Part shown: positions 20,712 through 30,913 of the stretch, piece by piece
Layout of the letters: every line of letters begins with the position of its first letter
Numbering within the stretch: the stretch's first letter is position 1
From: an uncultured Planctomycetaceae bacterium
Lineage (GTDB): Bacteria; Planctomycetota; Planctomycetia; Planctomycetales; Planctomycetaceae
Reading direction: 5' to 3'
Assembly: GCA_963815195.1 (NCBI GenBank)
Contig: CAWFGE010000012.1
Coordinates: 672,001 to 736,000 of the forward strand
DNA length: 64,000 bases
The notes under the pieces: model-generated
What the model was told of the DNA's origin: nothing
Seen by the model: only the letters and a program-made list of their open reading frames with translations
Databases searched by the model: none
Translations under genes and position numbers: made by a program

Positions 20712-22088
20712 TCATGGGGCGGACGCGGGCACCGACCCCGGGCCGGTCCGCTCGCCTTCATAGGGCCGCTCGTCTGGTTTTTGTTGCGGTTCCTGTTGCG
20801 CTTTGGGCTGTTTCGCTTTGGCCTGTTCTTCCATCTTCGCCAGGATCTCGCGGGATTTCGCGGCGTAGGTCGAGTTGGGATACAATCGGATCACCTCCCG
20901 GCAACAGGTCGCCACCGCGAGCGGCTTGTTCTTCTTCTGCCAGAACAGGACGTTGGCCCATTCGCGCTCCGCCTTGGCTTCTTCCATCTGGCGGATGTTG
21001 TCCAGCAGGCGTTCGCGCTCGGGGTGCTTCGGATACAGCCGCAGCGTGCTCTCCGCAAGGTTATGGGCCGCTTGGAGCGAATCCCCTTCATACAAAGGTC
21101 CTTGATAGGACATCAACTTCACGTGCGAACCCAGCACGAACGCGTTTTCCAGGTGCGGGCTTTTGGGATATTGCTCCCGCAGGATCGAATAGTTCCGGTC
21201 GGCCTCCAGGTAGTTCCCTTTGCGAAGGTGATATGACGCGGTCAGCATGATCGCATCATCCGCGAGCGGTCCCGTCGGATCGTTCAGCCAGATCGCCCGC
21301 AGCGCTTCCAAGGCCCGCCCGTCGGTGTCGAACACCGGCCGGGTGCGGTCGAAGACGTTGGGGAAGATTGGAATCAGCCGCGAGGGATCTTTGCTCCGCG
21401 GATGCGGCGGCTCGGGCGGCGGGGTGGATTTGGGATCCTCCAGGCTCACCGTTTGCACTTCGCTGGAATTGACAAGCTGCGGAAACTCCAGCCAATGCTG
21501 GGCGATCGCGAACAGCCGTTTGGTCACCTTGTCCAGATCCCGCGGCGACGGGTATTTCTTGAGCAGCTTTCCGTAGCTGTCCTGGGCATACCCATACCGC
21601 TTGGTCGCGAATTGGCACTCGCCCAGCATAAACAACGAGTCCTCCTCGATGGGAGAGTCCTTGTAGTCTTTGGCGAGTTTCTTGAAGCGTTTCTCGGCGG
21701 CGGCGTAATCGCCTTTGTCATAGAGGGCCTTGGCCTCGTCAAATTCCGGAGCGCCTTCGAGCGGGGCCAGAGAATCCTCCCGTTGCTTGCGGCGGGCCCG
21801 GTCGCCCAGAATGCGTTCGAGCGGTCCCTTGATGCCCGCCGTGCTGGTCAGGTCCTCGTCGGACCGGCGGCGATCCCAGAACTTGAACCGGGACCAGTCC
21901 ATTCCGCGCTTTTTGGCTGCCGAGTCGTCTTCCGCTCTGAGCGGCGGCAATCCGGCATCGGCCCCTGGAGACAGATCGGGAGACTGGCAGCCCATCCCCC
22001 AACCAGAGAGCACCAACGCCAGCACCCACCCCGCCCGCCGATGGGCGGTGGGAATCCGGTCTCTCGTTTCGTCGTTCTGCATCGTCAT
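20712..22088 (-). CDS. bamD: BamD-like TPR lipoprotein
   Basis: Lipobox-like GMGC and TPR motifs (AEKRFKKLAKDYKDSPIEEDSLFMLGEC, YPKSPH, YPNSTYAAKS). Confidence 0.7.
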   Translation of the reverse strand: MTMQNDETRDRIPTAHRRAGWVLALVLSGWGMGCQSPDLSPGADAGLPPLRAEDDSAAKKRGMDWSRFKFWDRRRSDEDLTSTAGIKGPLERILGDRARRKQREDSLAPLEGAPEFDEAKALYDKGDYAAAEKRFKKLAKDYKDSPIEEDSLFMLGECQFATKRYGYAQDSYGKLLKKYPSPRDLDKVTKRLFAIAQHWLEFPQLVNSSEVQTVSLEDPKSTPPPEPPHPRSKDPSRLIPIFPNVFDRTRPVFDTDGRALEALRAIWLNDPTGPLADDAIMLTASYHLRKGNYLEADRNYSILREQYPKSPHLENAFVLGSHVKLMSYQGPLYEGDSLQAAHNLAESTLRLYPKHPERERLLDNIRQMEEAKAEREWANVLFWQKKNKPLAVATCCREVIRLYPNSTYAAKSREILAKMEEQAKAKQPKAQQEPQQKPDERPYEGERTGPGSVPASAP

Positions 22089-22117
22089 CCGTGACCGATA
22101 GCGAAGAAGGGTTTTCT

Positions 22118-22270
22118 GAGAAAATCCGAAATTCGAATCTCGAAATCCGAAACAAAATAAAAACTCCGATGACCCAATGTCTCAAACCGGCCTGAAAACA
22201 GGTTTGGAACATTCGGATTTCTCGATTTGAATTTGTTTCGGATTTCCGATTCCGTGCTTCGGATTTTCTC
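22118..22270. repeat. ~150-bp imperfect inverted repeat built from AAATCCG/TTCGGAT heptamers
   Basis: Left arm GAAAATCCGAAATTCGAATCTCGAAATCCGAAACAAA...AATGTCTCAAAC. Right arm GTTTGGAACATT...TTTGTTTCGGATTTCCGATTCCGTGCTTCGGATTTTC. Confidence 0.75.
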
Positions 22271-22273
22271 CCG

Positions 22274-23017
22274 TTAGTATTTCAGGTATCGAATCATCTT
22301 GGGTCGACGTCCCAGGACGTGGCTGACCGCGGAGTTGACGACTTGCCGCATCTCTCTGAGCTGCCCGTCGGACACCGCCAGGCGGGACAGGTCGGTCTCC
22401 GGTTGGGAAAGCCGCCGGAGCACGGCCACCGTGCCGGCGGGGATTCGGTTCTGTCGGTATTCCTCGTGTTGGCAGTTTCGGCAAATGATGCCCCCCTGCG
22501 ACAGCCACAGGGCATAAGACGACTCCGGGGCAACCGGCTGGTTGCAAACCACGCAGTGGTCAAAGGCCGGCAGTTGGCCGATTTCGCGGAGGACCGTGAG
22601 TTCAAATCGCAGAAGGGTCAGCCGGGGCAGTCGGCCCTCGGCCAGATGATTCAACGTGGAAACGGCTTCTTCATACAGGATGGGATGCGGGTCGTAGGGT
22701 TCGGTGAGATGGGATAAAAGCTCGGCGACGTAATACCCGGCGTACAAGGTCTCCAAATCCCGCCCGTGCGGTTTGAAGCGGGAAATGAGTTGGCATTCCG
22801 TCAAAATGTCCAGGCCTTCGGACGATTTGCGGATGAAGACTATCTGACATTCGGTCAACAGGTCAAGAGCGATTTCAAATGGCCCTTTCAGCCGCTTGGC
22901 GCCCTTGGCGACCGTGGAAATCTGTCCAAAATCGCGGGTGAAAAACGTCACGACCCGGCTGGATTCGCTCCAATCCGCCATTCGAATCACCAGCGCATCG
23001 GTCTTCTCGGTGGACAT
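22274..23017 (-). CDS. recO: DNA repair protein RecO
   Basis: ALVIRMADWSESSRVVTFFTRDFGQISTVAKGAKR and a zinc finger CVVC...CRNC. Confidence 0.95.
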   Translation of the reverse strand: MSTEKTDALVIRMADWSESSRVVTFFTRDFGQISTVAKGAKRLKGPFEIALDLLTECQIVFIRKSSEGLDILTECQLISRFKPHGRDLETLYAGYYVAELLSHLTEPYDPHPILYEEAVSTLNHLAEGRLPRLTLLRFELTVLREIGQLPAFDHCVVCNQPVAPESSYALWLSQGGIICRNCQHEEYRQNRIPAGTVAVLRRLSQPETDLSRLAVSDGQLREMRQVVNSAVSHVLGRRPKMIRYLKY

Positions 23018-23294
23018 GTCGGTGTTGTCAATCCGTAACAGGTGATGTTGCCTGGGGGGATCATCTCAGGAAACAGCCGTCTCCCAAAACGGCCGATCGC
23101 CCGCCGCCCGGGTCCGTCTGGCGGCGAGATTCCTGCAATTCATCGGAAAGTCCGGCGGAATAATCCGCACAATTCCTGCAATTTTCTTCAATTCCCCGGT
23201 TTTCCCAAATCATCAAGCGGGAAATAATCCAAAGTGAATCGGATTTGCAATGCTCTCCCCGACGTTCTGTCCTTTGACACCGGGAGGGAATTTG

Positions 23295-23528
23295 ATGTTG
23301 GTACTCAGCCGACAAGTTGACGAAAAGATCATCATTGGCGAAGACATTGTGATCACCGTGGTGGAAATCCGCCGGGGCCTGGTCCGGCTGGGGATCGACG
23401 CCCCGCGGAATGTCACTGTGCACCGCGAAGAAGTGTACAACGCCATCAAAGCCTCGCAAGAGGCCGAACAAGCCAGTCCGCCCGCCCCGCAATCCCAACC
23501 CAACGGCAACGACGCCGGCGAGAGCTGA
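23295..23528 (+). CDS. csrA: Carbon storage regulator CsrA
   Basis: MLVLSRQVDEKIIIGEDIVITVVEIRRGLVRLGIDAPRNVTVHREEVY, preceded by a GGGAGG ribosome-binding site. Confidence 0.96.
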   Translation: MLVLSRQVDEKIIIGEDIVITVVEIRRGLVRLGIDAPRNVTVHREEVYNAIKASQEAEQASPPAPQSQPNGNDAGES

Positions 23529-23604
23529 CCGCCCGGACGACGGAATTATACGCCCGCGGCCATCCGCCGGACAACACGCGGTTCACGATCGCCACTTGAG
23601 TTCC

Positions 23605-24225
23605 TCAGCGGTCGAAGGGGTTCCCGCCGAGGAGCATGTTTCGCCGTCGCAGGTGGGCGATGAGCGTTTGTGTGTCGATATAGACTTCCGCCTGCAACCC
23701 GAACCCGCGGGCCCGCTCGACGTTCTCCACAATGTCATCCGTGAAAAAGCACTCCTGCGGATCGCATTGGATCGCTTCGAGCGCGGCTTCGTAAATCGGC
23801 GGTTCGGGCTTCATGGCCCCCACCTCGTACGAGAACACGCAGTCGTCGAACCGCGAGAGCACGTCAAATTTCTGTTTGATGAAACTCACATGGGCGATGT
23901 TCGTGTTCGAAAGCAAGACGAGCCGGACGCCCGCGGTCTTAAGCTGGTCGAGCACCGGGACGATGGAGGCGTTGGGCCAGAAGATGTTCGAGACCGCCCG
24001 CATCAGACGCCTGCTGTCGACCTGAGCGCCCGTCAGCGTTTCAAACTGGCGGTGAAACGCGGGGCGGTTGAGCCGACCGGATTCAAAATCGAGCAGGCTG
24101 CCCAACATCAAGTCGCGGATGTCCTCGCCCGATTTGCCGCACAGGGCCCCCATTTGCTCGAACATGCGTTCGTGTGAGAAATACAAAAGAACATTTCCCA
24201 GATCAAACATGACCGTGCGGAGCAT
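23605..24225 (-). CDS. HAD-superfamily hydrolase (YihX-like)
   Basis: FDLGNVL, LLSNT, KPEPPIY and FTDDIVENV motifs. Confidence 0.9.
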   Translation of the reverse strand: MLRTVMFDLGNVLLYFSHERMFEQMGALCGKSGEDIRDLMLGSLLDFESGRLNRPAFHRQFETLTGAQVDSRRLMRAVSNIFWPNASIVPVLDQLKTAGVRLVLLSNTNIAHVSFIKQKFDVLSRFDDCVFSYEVGAMKPEPPIYEAALEAIQCDPQECFFTDDIVENVERARGFGLQAEVYIDTQTLIAHLRRRNMLLGGNPFDR

Positions 24226-24477
24226 CGCAACGTTCCGGGGATAAGTAAGAGTTGATGAAAAGACAATCAGACAGATTTCTTACGGGTAACGGGACCGGGA
24301 AAATCCCCCTGTCTTGGATATGACAGCGATCGACATACCATATTCGTTTGAAGTTGGAAAGGGTACGCAGCGAAGAAGCAGGGGAAGACAGAACTTCCCC
24401 TTTGCGCTGGTTCGGGGAATCGCTAACCTAAAAGGACGTGATTTCGCGCTGTTTTCTCTTTCCCCGATGGCGATGCG

Positions 24478-24984
24478 ATGTCTATGAGTTTCGGCGGCGA
24501 TGCCGTCAAAGAACCCGCCACGATGCGCGGCCGCGACTGGCCTTGCCTGCGTCAGTTCGGCGTGTTTCTGGAAAACCGCGTGGGCCGTCTGCACGATTTG
24601 CTCCGGCATCTCGAACGCCAGGACTTGCGGATCATGGCGCTGTCCATCGTGGATTCCGTGGACTGCGCCGTTGTGCGGTTGATGCTGAACAACTACGAGC
24701 GCGGCCGCGAACTGTTCCAGTTGTCGAACTTCACGGTCTTTGAAACGGATCTCATCGGGGTCCTTTTGCCCGAAGATCCGCAGCCGTATCTCAGCGTGTG
24801 CACAGCGCTCCTTCAGGCGGAAGTCAATCTGCACTACACCTATCCGCTCTTGTTCCGCCGCAAGGGCCAAGGGGCGATTGCGATGTACGTGGACGACATC
24901 GACCTGGGGCTCAAAATCCTCAAGGACAAAGGGCTCACGATCATCACCGAAAACGATTTGCTCGAAGATGACGAGTTCCTTTGA
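24478..24984 (+). CDS. Tandem ACT-domain protein
   Basis: [13 protein letters not shown]...[17 protein letters not shown] and a second ACT domain VNLHYTYP. Confidence 0.82.
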   Translation: MSMSFGGDAVKEPATMRGRDWPCLRQFGVFLENRVGRLHDLLRHLERQDLRIMALSIVDSVDCAVVRLMLNNYERGRELFQLSNFTVFETDLIGVLLPEDPQPYLSVCTALLQAEVNLHYTYPLLFRRKGQGAIAMYVDDIDLGLKILKDKGLTIITENDLLEDDEFL

Positions 24985-25020
24985 GCCGAGTTTCCCAGCG
25001 AGCACCGTGCCGCTCATTCT

Positions 25021-25641
25021 TCAACCCGCCTGGCCGTTCCAGGTTTCGAGGCCGCGGAAGATCATCTCGACGGCAAACGTCCCCGTGACGAGCGCCATGA
25101 TCCGCCCGATCACATCCAGGTAGCGGGTGACGACGGCTTCATTCCGCTGGCGGGCCACATCGTAAATCCGCTTGAGCACGATCACCGCGACGACCGAACC
25201 GGCGACGGGAATCAACACCGCCGCGACCGCGAGGCCGGCGGGCAGGCGATGCCCGGCCCACACGCTCGCGCTGACCGTGCCCGGCCCGATCATAAACGGC
25301 ATCGCAATCGAGCCGGCCGCGAAATCGGGATCGCCGCGAAGTTCCCGCAACGCCTCGGCCCCGATAAAGAAATACCGCAGGCTGACGACGATAAAGAGCA
25401 ATCCGCCGAAGAGCAGAAACGACGCGAACCGTACCTGGAGCACGTCGGTGAAGATCGTCTCGCCCGCCAAGGCGAACGTCACGAACACCACGCTGCTGAT
25501 CGCGGCTCCCTTGAGCAGCACGGCCGCGAACGCCGTCCAGGCCATGTCCTGAATCAGGTCGAGCAAATACACGCTGATGAAGAACGGGTTCAAAAGCACA
25601 AACAGCAACATGGCCGACTTGACGAATTCTTTACTTTGCAT
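25021..25641 (-). CDS. MarC family membrane protein
   Basis: LFVLLNPF, AMPFMIGPGTVS and RIMALVTGTFAVEMIFRG. Confidence 0.88.
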   Translation of the reverse strand: MQSKEFVKSAMLLFVLLNPFFISVYLLDLIQDMAWTAFAAVLLKGAAISSVVFVTFALAGETIFTDVLQVRFASFLLFGGLLFIVVSLRYFFIGAEALRELRGDPDFAAGSIAMPFMIGPGTVSASVWAGHRLPAGLAVAAVLIPVAGSVVAVIVLKRIYDVARQRNEAVVTRYLDVIGRIMALVTGTFAVEMIFRGLETWNGQAG

Positions 25642-28480
25642 GGTTTGATCCTTCCGAGGATTTGCGGCGGTTCCACGCCTTGTGGATTTCGACCGCCCAA
25701 AACACGACCGCGCTCAGACCCAGGCAAATCAGCAGGTCCGGCAGGTCGAGCGCGGTCGTATGAAACAGCCCCTGCAGCGGAGGAATATACACGAGGGCGA
25801 ATTGCAGCACGAACGTCAGCGTCACCGCTCCGACCATAAGCGGGTTCGAAAAAAATCCGATGCGAAACAGCGAATCGGTGAGCGAGCGAATCGCGAGCAC
25901 GTTTCCCATTTGGGAAAGTGTAATCACCACGAAGATCATCGTCCGCCACCGGCGGATTTTTTCGTCCGAATCCAAGAGGCCGGACATATCGGGATCCCAA
26001 TGGATCAGCCCCGCGGCGAACGACACGACGCCCATCAAAAACCCGAATCCCACAATCCGCCACGCCATCCCGCGGCCGAAAAAACTTTCGCCCGGCGGAT
26101 AGGGATCGCGGCGCATGGTGTTGCTTTCCGCGGGTTCGAGTGCCAAAGCCAGGCCGGGCAACCCGTCGGTAACCAGGTTGACCCACAGAATCTGGATCGG
26201 TAGCAAAGGCAGCGGAAAATCCCCGAACACGGACGTGACCAGCGACAAAATCGCGGGGAACAACATCACCCAGATCTCGCCCGAGTTGCTCGTCATCGTG
26301 TAGAGGATGAACTTGCGGATGTTGTCGTAAACAATCCGGCCTTCTTCCACCGCGCCCACGATGGAGCTGAAGTTGTCATCGACGAGAACCATCTCGGCGG
26401 CTTCCTTGGAGACATCGGTGCCGGTGATGCCCATCGCCACGCCGATGTCCGCCCGCTTGAGGGCGGGGGCATCGTTCACGCCGTCGCCCGTCATCGCCGC
26501 GATGTGCCCCTGGTTTTGGAGGGCTTCCACAATCCGCAGCTTGTGCTCCGGCGAGACCCGCGCGAACACGGCCGCTGTCCGCACGGTCTGCTCCAGTTCC
26601 GCCGGGGACATCTTCGCCAACTCCCGCCCCGTGACGGCGGGATGCTCATTGCCGATGCCCAAATCGGCCGCGATGGATTGGGCGGTCAGCGGATGATCGC
26701 CGGTAATCATCATCGGCCGAATCCCCGCCGACTTGCAGCGGGCGACGGCATCGGCGACCTCGGCCCGCGGCGGATCGATCATCCCGCACAGGCCGAGGAA
26801 AATCAAATTCCGCTCCAGCCCTTCCGTGTTGATCGGGGAACCGTTTTCGGAGCCTGCGGGTTTCAGATCTTCTGGGGACAAAGCCCGCGCCGCCATCCCC
26901 AATACCCGCACGCCGCGGGCCGCGAGTTCATCATTGGCGGCCAGGATTTTTTCGCGGTTCGCGGGATCGAGCGCGCGAATCCCCTCCTTCGTCCACACAC
27001 GGTCGGCGACTTCCAACAGTTGGTCGACCGCGCCTTTGGTCAACACCACACGCGCGGGTTCGGCGTCCTTGACGATTTGGGCGATCGCATTGCGGACAGA
27101 ATTTGATTCCTTTTTCGGCGGGCCGGTCAGTTCGTGGACGGTGCTCATCCGCTTGCGGTCGGAATCGAACGGCAGCTCGGCGATGCGGGGCAAAATCTTT
27201 TCTAACGCCGACTTGTTTAAGCCCGTCTCCGCCGCGGCACTCACCAAGGCCGTTTCCGTGGGATCGCCGACGATTTTCGTTGGCTCTTCCTCGTCGCCCG
27301 CCGTTTCCTCGCCGAGGATCGCATCGTTGCACAGGCTGCTCACGCTGAGCAGCAACGTCAAGGCGGGGCGGTCTTCGTTCAACGACTTGGCCCGGCCGGA
27401 TCGCACCGCTGCCGCGAGATCGATGCGTTCGCCGGCGGATTCCAAGTCCTGGACGACCATCCGGTTTTCGGTGAGCGTGCCCGTTTTGTCCGAGCAAATC
27501 ACCGTGACCGATCCCAAAGTCTCCACGGCGGGCAACCGGCGAATCAGGGCATGGCGGCGGAGCATCCTCCGCGCCCCGATGGCGAGGGTCACGGTGGCCA
27601 CCGCGGGAAGACCTTCCGGAACCGCCGCCACCGCCAGGCTGATCGCGGTGAGAAACATTTTCTGAACGTCCTTGCCGCCCAAAAGCCCCAGGCCAAAGAC
27701 GACCGCGACAATCCCGATCGTGGCGACGGTGAGCTGTTTGCCCAACAAGGCCAGCCGGCGCTGGAGCGGAGTTGGCTCGCTCTCGACCGATTGCAGCATG
27801 TCGGCGATGTGGCCCAGTTCGGTCTGCATGCCGGTCTCGGTGACCACGATCTGGCCGCGGCCGTAGGTCACCGTCGTGCCCATGAACACCAGGTTCCGCC
27901 GATCCCCCACAGGCAGATCCTGCTCGTCGAGCGTCCTTGCGGTTTTCTCGACGGGCACGGATTCCCCGGTGAGAGCGGCTTCCTGGACTTTGAGGTTCTG
28001 GCACTCGAAGAGCCGCCCGTCCGCCGGGACGATGTTCCCCGCTTCCAACAGCACCACATCGCCGGGCACGAGATCCTTTGCGGAAATCTCCAGGGCATGC
28101 CCGCCACGCCGCACGCGAACATGCGGAACCGCCATCTGCTTGAGCGCGGCCATCGCCTTTTCCGCGCGGTAATCCTGAAAGAACCCCAAGACGGCGTTCA
28201 AGACCACAATCGCCAGAATCACGAGGGCATCGTGGATTTCATTGAGGAACACCGAAACCCCCGCCGCCACGAGCAGCAGGATCACCATCGGCCCGCTGAT
28301 TTGCTCCCAGAGAATCTGCCAAGGCCGCCGGCCGCCGGTCTCGATCAGTTCGTTCGGCCCGAATTCCTCCCGCCGCCGGGCGATCCGATCTTCGGAAAGC
28401 CCGGCGTCGGCTTTGGTTTCAAAATGCGATAAAACGGCCGCGACATCCTGCTGATACCAGTGACTCACAATGGCTCCCAA
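25631..28480 (-). CDS. Cation-transporting P-type ATPase (type IIA, Ca2+-ATPase-like)
   Basis: LTGES, AVAAVPEGL, CSDKTGTLT, MITGDH, TGDGVNDAPAL and QILWVNLVTDG. Confidence 0.95.
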   Translation of the reverse strand: MGAIVSHWYQQDVAAVLSHFETKADAGLSEDRIARRREEFGPNELIETGGRRPWQILWEQISGPMVILLLVAAGVSVFLNEIHDALVILAIVVLNAVLGFFQDYRAEKAMAALKQMAVPHVRVRRGGHALEISAKDLVPGDVVLLEAGNIVPADGRLFECQNLKVQEAALTGESVPVEKTARTLDEQDLPVGDRRNLVFMGTTVTYGRGQIVVTETGMQTELGHIADMLQSVESEPTPLQRRLALLGKQLTVATIGIVAVVFGLGLLGGKDVQKMFLTAISLAVAAVPEGLPAVATVTLAIGARRMLRRHALIRRLPAVETLGSVTVICSDKTGTLTENRMVVQDLESAGERIDLAAAVRSGRAKSLNEDRPALTLLLSVSSLCNDAILGEETAGDEEEPTKIVGDPTETALVSAAAETGLNKSALEKILPRIAELPFDSDRKRMSTVHELTGPPKKESNSVRNAIAQIVKDAEPARVVLTKGAVDQLLEVADRVWTKEGIRALDPANREKILAANDELAARGVRVLGMAARALSPEDLKPAGSENGSPINTEGLERNLIFLGLCGMIDPPRAEVADAVARCKSAGIRPMMITGDHPLTAQSIAADLGIGNEHPAVTGRELAKMSPAELEQTVRTAAVFARVSPEHKLRIVEALQNQGHIAAMTGDGVNDAPALKRADIGVAMGITGTDVSKEAAEMVLVDDNFSSIVGAVEEGRIVYDNIRKFILYTMTSNSGEIWVMLFPAILSLVTSVFGDFPLPLLPIQILWVNLVTDGLPGLALALEPAESNTMRRDPYPPGESFFGRGMAWRIVGFGFLMGVVSFAAGLIHWDPDMSGLLDSDEKIRRWRTMIFVVITLSQMGNVLAIRSLTDSLFRIGFFSNPLMVGAVTLTFVLQFALVYIPPLQGLFHTTALDLPDLLICLGLSAVVFWAVEIHKAWNRRKSSEGSNHAK

Positions 28481-28606
28481 AGAGTTGGATTTCCGGGGCG
28501 CTAAGCGGCCTCATCATAGTGATTTCCGCAGCCAGACGGCAGAGCGCAGCAGGCAGCCGCAGCCAGACGGCAAAGCGCAACAGGAACCGGCCGGTCGGCA
28601 GATTCG

Positions 28607-28790
28607 ATACGCCGAAGGCGTTACATAAAAAAGCCCAGGGTCAGCGGCGCAGCCCTGGGTCTCTGTGCAATAAAGTGCTATACGCCGAAGGCGTTATACA
28701 AGCCGATCGTATAACGCCTTCGGCGTATTGGGATATTCGGGATCAACTTCACCCAGAGTGCGCTTCGCGGACTCTGAGCTTCGTGGTTAA
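28607..28790. repeat. REP-like palindrome cluster (TACGCCGAAGGCGTTA x3 plus AGCCCAGGG...CCCTGGG)
   Basis: Copies at 28607, 28680 and inverted at 28709-28728. 28680-28699 and 28709-28728 form a perfect 20-bp inverted repeat. Confidence 0.75.
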
Positions 28791-28808
28791 ACCGCGAGTG
28801 AGCTTACC

Positions 28809-30020
28809 TTACGGTCGTGGAGGTGAATGGAGAACGGGCAACGATGTTGCTTTACCGCGCTCGGCGGCCGTGCGTTTTTGGAGCATCTCGGTCGTGATGA
28901 CGCAGCGGAAACCGGTGTGAAAGGCGCCGGTGTCCTGTTCCATGGGCATGCGGGCGGAATTGCGGTAGGAGATGCAATAGTTGTCGCTGCACGCAAACGA
29001 GCCGCCCCGCTGCACGCGTTTGATGACGTTCGGCTCGCGGGGATCAAAACTTTCCACCGGGCCCTCTGGATTCTTGCGGGGGCTGTTGGCGTAGTAATCG
29101 GGACGGTAATAGTCGGCCACCATTTCCCAGACGTTGCCGGACATATCGTAAAGCCCGTAACCATTAGGCGAAAAAGACGCGACCGGAGCGGTTGTGCGAT
29201 AGCCGTCGTCTTCTGTGTTCTCCCGCGGAAAATCCCCCTGCCAGATATTGTGCAGCCACTTCTTTTCGGGATTGCGTTCGTTGCCCCAGGGATACTTTTT
29301 GCGGTTCATGCCGGCGCGGGCGGCGTATTCCCATTGGGCTTCGGTGGGCAGTTTCTTCCCGGCCCAATCGCAATACGCCTGGGCATCCATCCAGGAAACG
29401 TGCACCACGGGGTGATCCATGCGGTCTTTGATGGAAGACCCCGGCCCTTCGGGATGCCGCCAGCTCGCGCCGTTGATGTATTGCCACCAATTCATAATGC
29501 CTTTTTCGGGATCGAACACGGCGTTTTTTTTCAAATTCGGATTCAAACACAGAGATCCCCGCTTGCCGATGGGGCTGTCTTCGGGAATTTCGATCTTGGC
29601 GGTCAGGCCGGTCTCCGGTTTCAGGCTTCGCAGTTCCGGTTTGCGTTCGGGCAGCGTGACGTAACCGGTGGCTTCCACGAACTTCAAAAAGTCGGCGTTG
29701 GTGACTTCGGTTTTGTCCATGTAGAACCCGTCGAGTTCCACCGGGTGCACCGGCCGTTCGTCCGGCCGGGCTTGTTCGTCCGACTCATCCGCGCCCATGT
29801 CGAACACGCCGCCGGGAATCCACACCATCCCCTCAGGGACCGGATAGTCGCTCGGATCGAACGCGGCGGTTTCGACCGGCTGGTTCTCCGTGGCCTTGGT
29901 GGCTTCCGTCGGCGGATCGCCGGACGATGTGGCCATCGACGTCGCGCGATCCGCGCAGCCGCTCAACAGTCCGAGCAAAACACCGGAGACCAAACACGAA
30001 GATAGGAGAAAGCGAGACAT
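28809..30020 (-). CDS. Formylglycine-generating enzyme (SUMF1/FGE) family lipoprotein
   Basis: LLSGC lipobox, MVWIPGG.F.MG, HPVVHVSW, LPTEAQWEYAAR, YDMSGNVWE and RGGSFACSDNYC. Confidence 0.9.
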   Translation of the reverse strand: MSRFLLSSCLVSGVLLGLLSGCADRATSMATSSGDPPTEATKATENQPVETAAFDPSDYPVPEGMVWIPGGVFDMGADESDEQARPDERPVHPVELDGFYMDKTEVTNADFLKFVEATGYVTLPERKPELRSLKPETGLTAKIEIPEDSPIGKRGSLCLNPNLKKNAVFDPEKGIMNWWQYINGASWRHPEGPGSSIKDRMDHPVVHVSWMDAQAYCDWAGKKLPTEAQWEYAARAGMNRKKYPWGNERNPEKKWLHNIWQGDFPRENTEDDGYRTTAPVASFSPNGYGLYDMSGNVWEMVADYYRPDYYANSPRKNPEGPVESFDPREPNVIKRVQRGGSFACSDNYCISYRNSARMPMEQDTGAFHTGFRCVITTEMLQKRTAAERGKATSLPVLHSPPRP

Positions 30021-30154
30021 CGGCACGTTCTGCGTTCGAGGTGGGGAAATCGGGGGAATGGGTCTTTTTGTTCTACGTGTTATTGTAGCCGCGCGTGGGA
30101 AGAACAATCAAATCCCTCGGCGAATCTCGGGAAGAGCGGCGTGTGGCAAATCCT

Positions 30155-30235
30155 TGAGCGGAACGGCGCTAGCCGCCGGTGCTCTTTACGAAATGCCCGC
30201 GATCCACAAACCGGCGGCTAACGCCCAGCCGCTCA
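30155..30235. repeat. REP doublet (TGAGCGG..GGCGCTAGCCGCCGGT inverted pair)
   Basis: Inverted pair at 30155-30180 and 30210-30235. Same family as the copies at 35132, 35603-35838 and 51561. Confidence 0.75.
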
Positions 30236-30278
30236 CAATCCCGATCACACCGACGGGCGCGGGTGATGGCAAAACGGA

Positions 30279-30812
30279 TCAGCGATTCCGCTCGGCGTCC
30301 GTTAGCGGGTGGACCTCCACGCCCTCGCGGCCTTCGAGCTTTTCGCCGAGGGCCTCTCCCACGGGCGTTTCCGCGGATTTTTCGCGGAGGTGCTTGCGGA
30401 TCTGTTCCCAGGTGGGCACCATTTGGGGGTCGCGGATTTTGGTGATTTTCCAATAGCCGGTGCCGGACTTTTCGAGATCGAAATCGGACCAGATATCGAA
30501 CCCGGACACTTTCCAGAGCACGCGGACCTGGGCGATGCTCCGCCCCACGCGGACATCGCGGACCTGGCAGGTTGCACCGGGAATGGGGGCCGTGAACTCG
30601 GCCTGCTCGCGGGGGCTTTTGGCGAGATAGTTTTCGAGGGCGGGGCCCGCCATTTGCTCGAGGAGGGTCTCGGCGTCGCCTTGAATCATCGCCGACGTAA
30701 ACACGTTGACGCAGCGTTCCACCGACCGCCGGACCGACCACGTCCACGCCCCGTACGCGACCATGCCGAGCACCAAAAGCCCCATCAGCCAAACCGCCCA
30801 GCGTTGTCGCAT
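30279..30812 (-). CDS. Hypothetical protein with N-terminal membrane anchor
   Basis: MRQRWAVWLMGLLVLGMVAYGAW hydrophobic segment, GC-rich codon usage, AAGGGGG upstream. Confidence 0.6.
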   Translation of the reverse strand: MRQRWAVWLMGLLVLGMVAYGAWTWSVRRSVERCVNVFTSAMIQGDAETLLEQMAGPALENYLAKSPREQAEFTAPIPGATCQVRDVRVGRSIAQVRVLWKVSGFDIWSDFDLEKSGTGYWKITKIRDPQMVPTWEQIRKHLREKSAETPVGEALGEKLEGREGVEVHPLTDAERNR

Positions 30813-30913
30813 GTTGCCCCCTTCGGGCGAGGCGTAAGAGTTAAACGAACAAACGCCCTTTGGCGGCCAAAGGACGTTGTCGCGGGTGAAACGAGCCGAT
30901 CCGAAGCGCGGCG

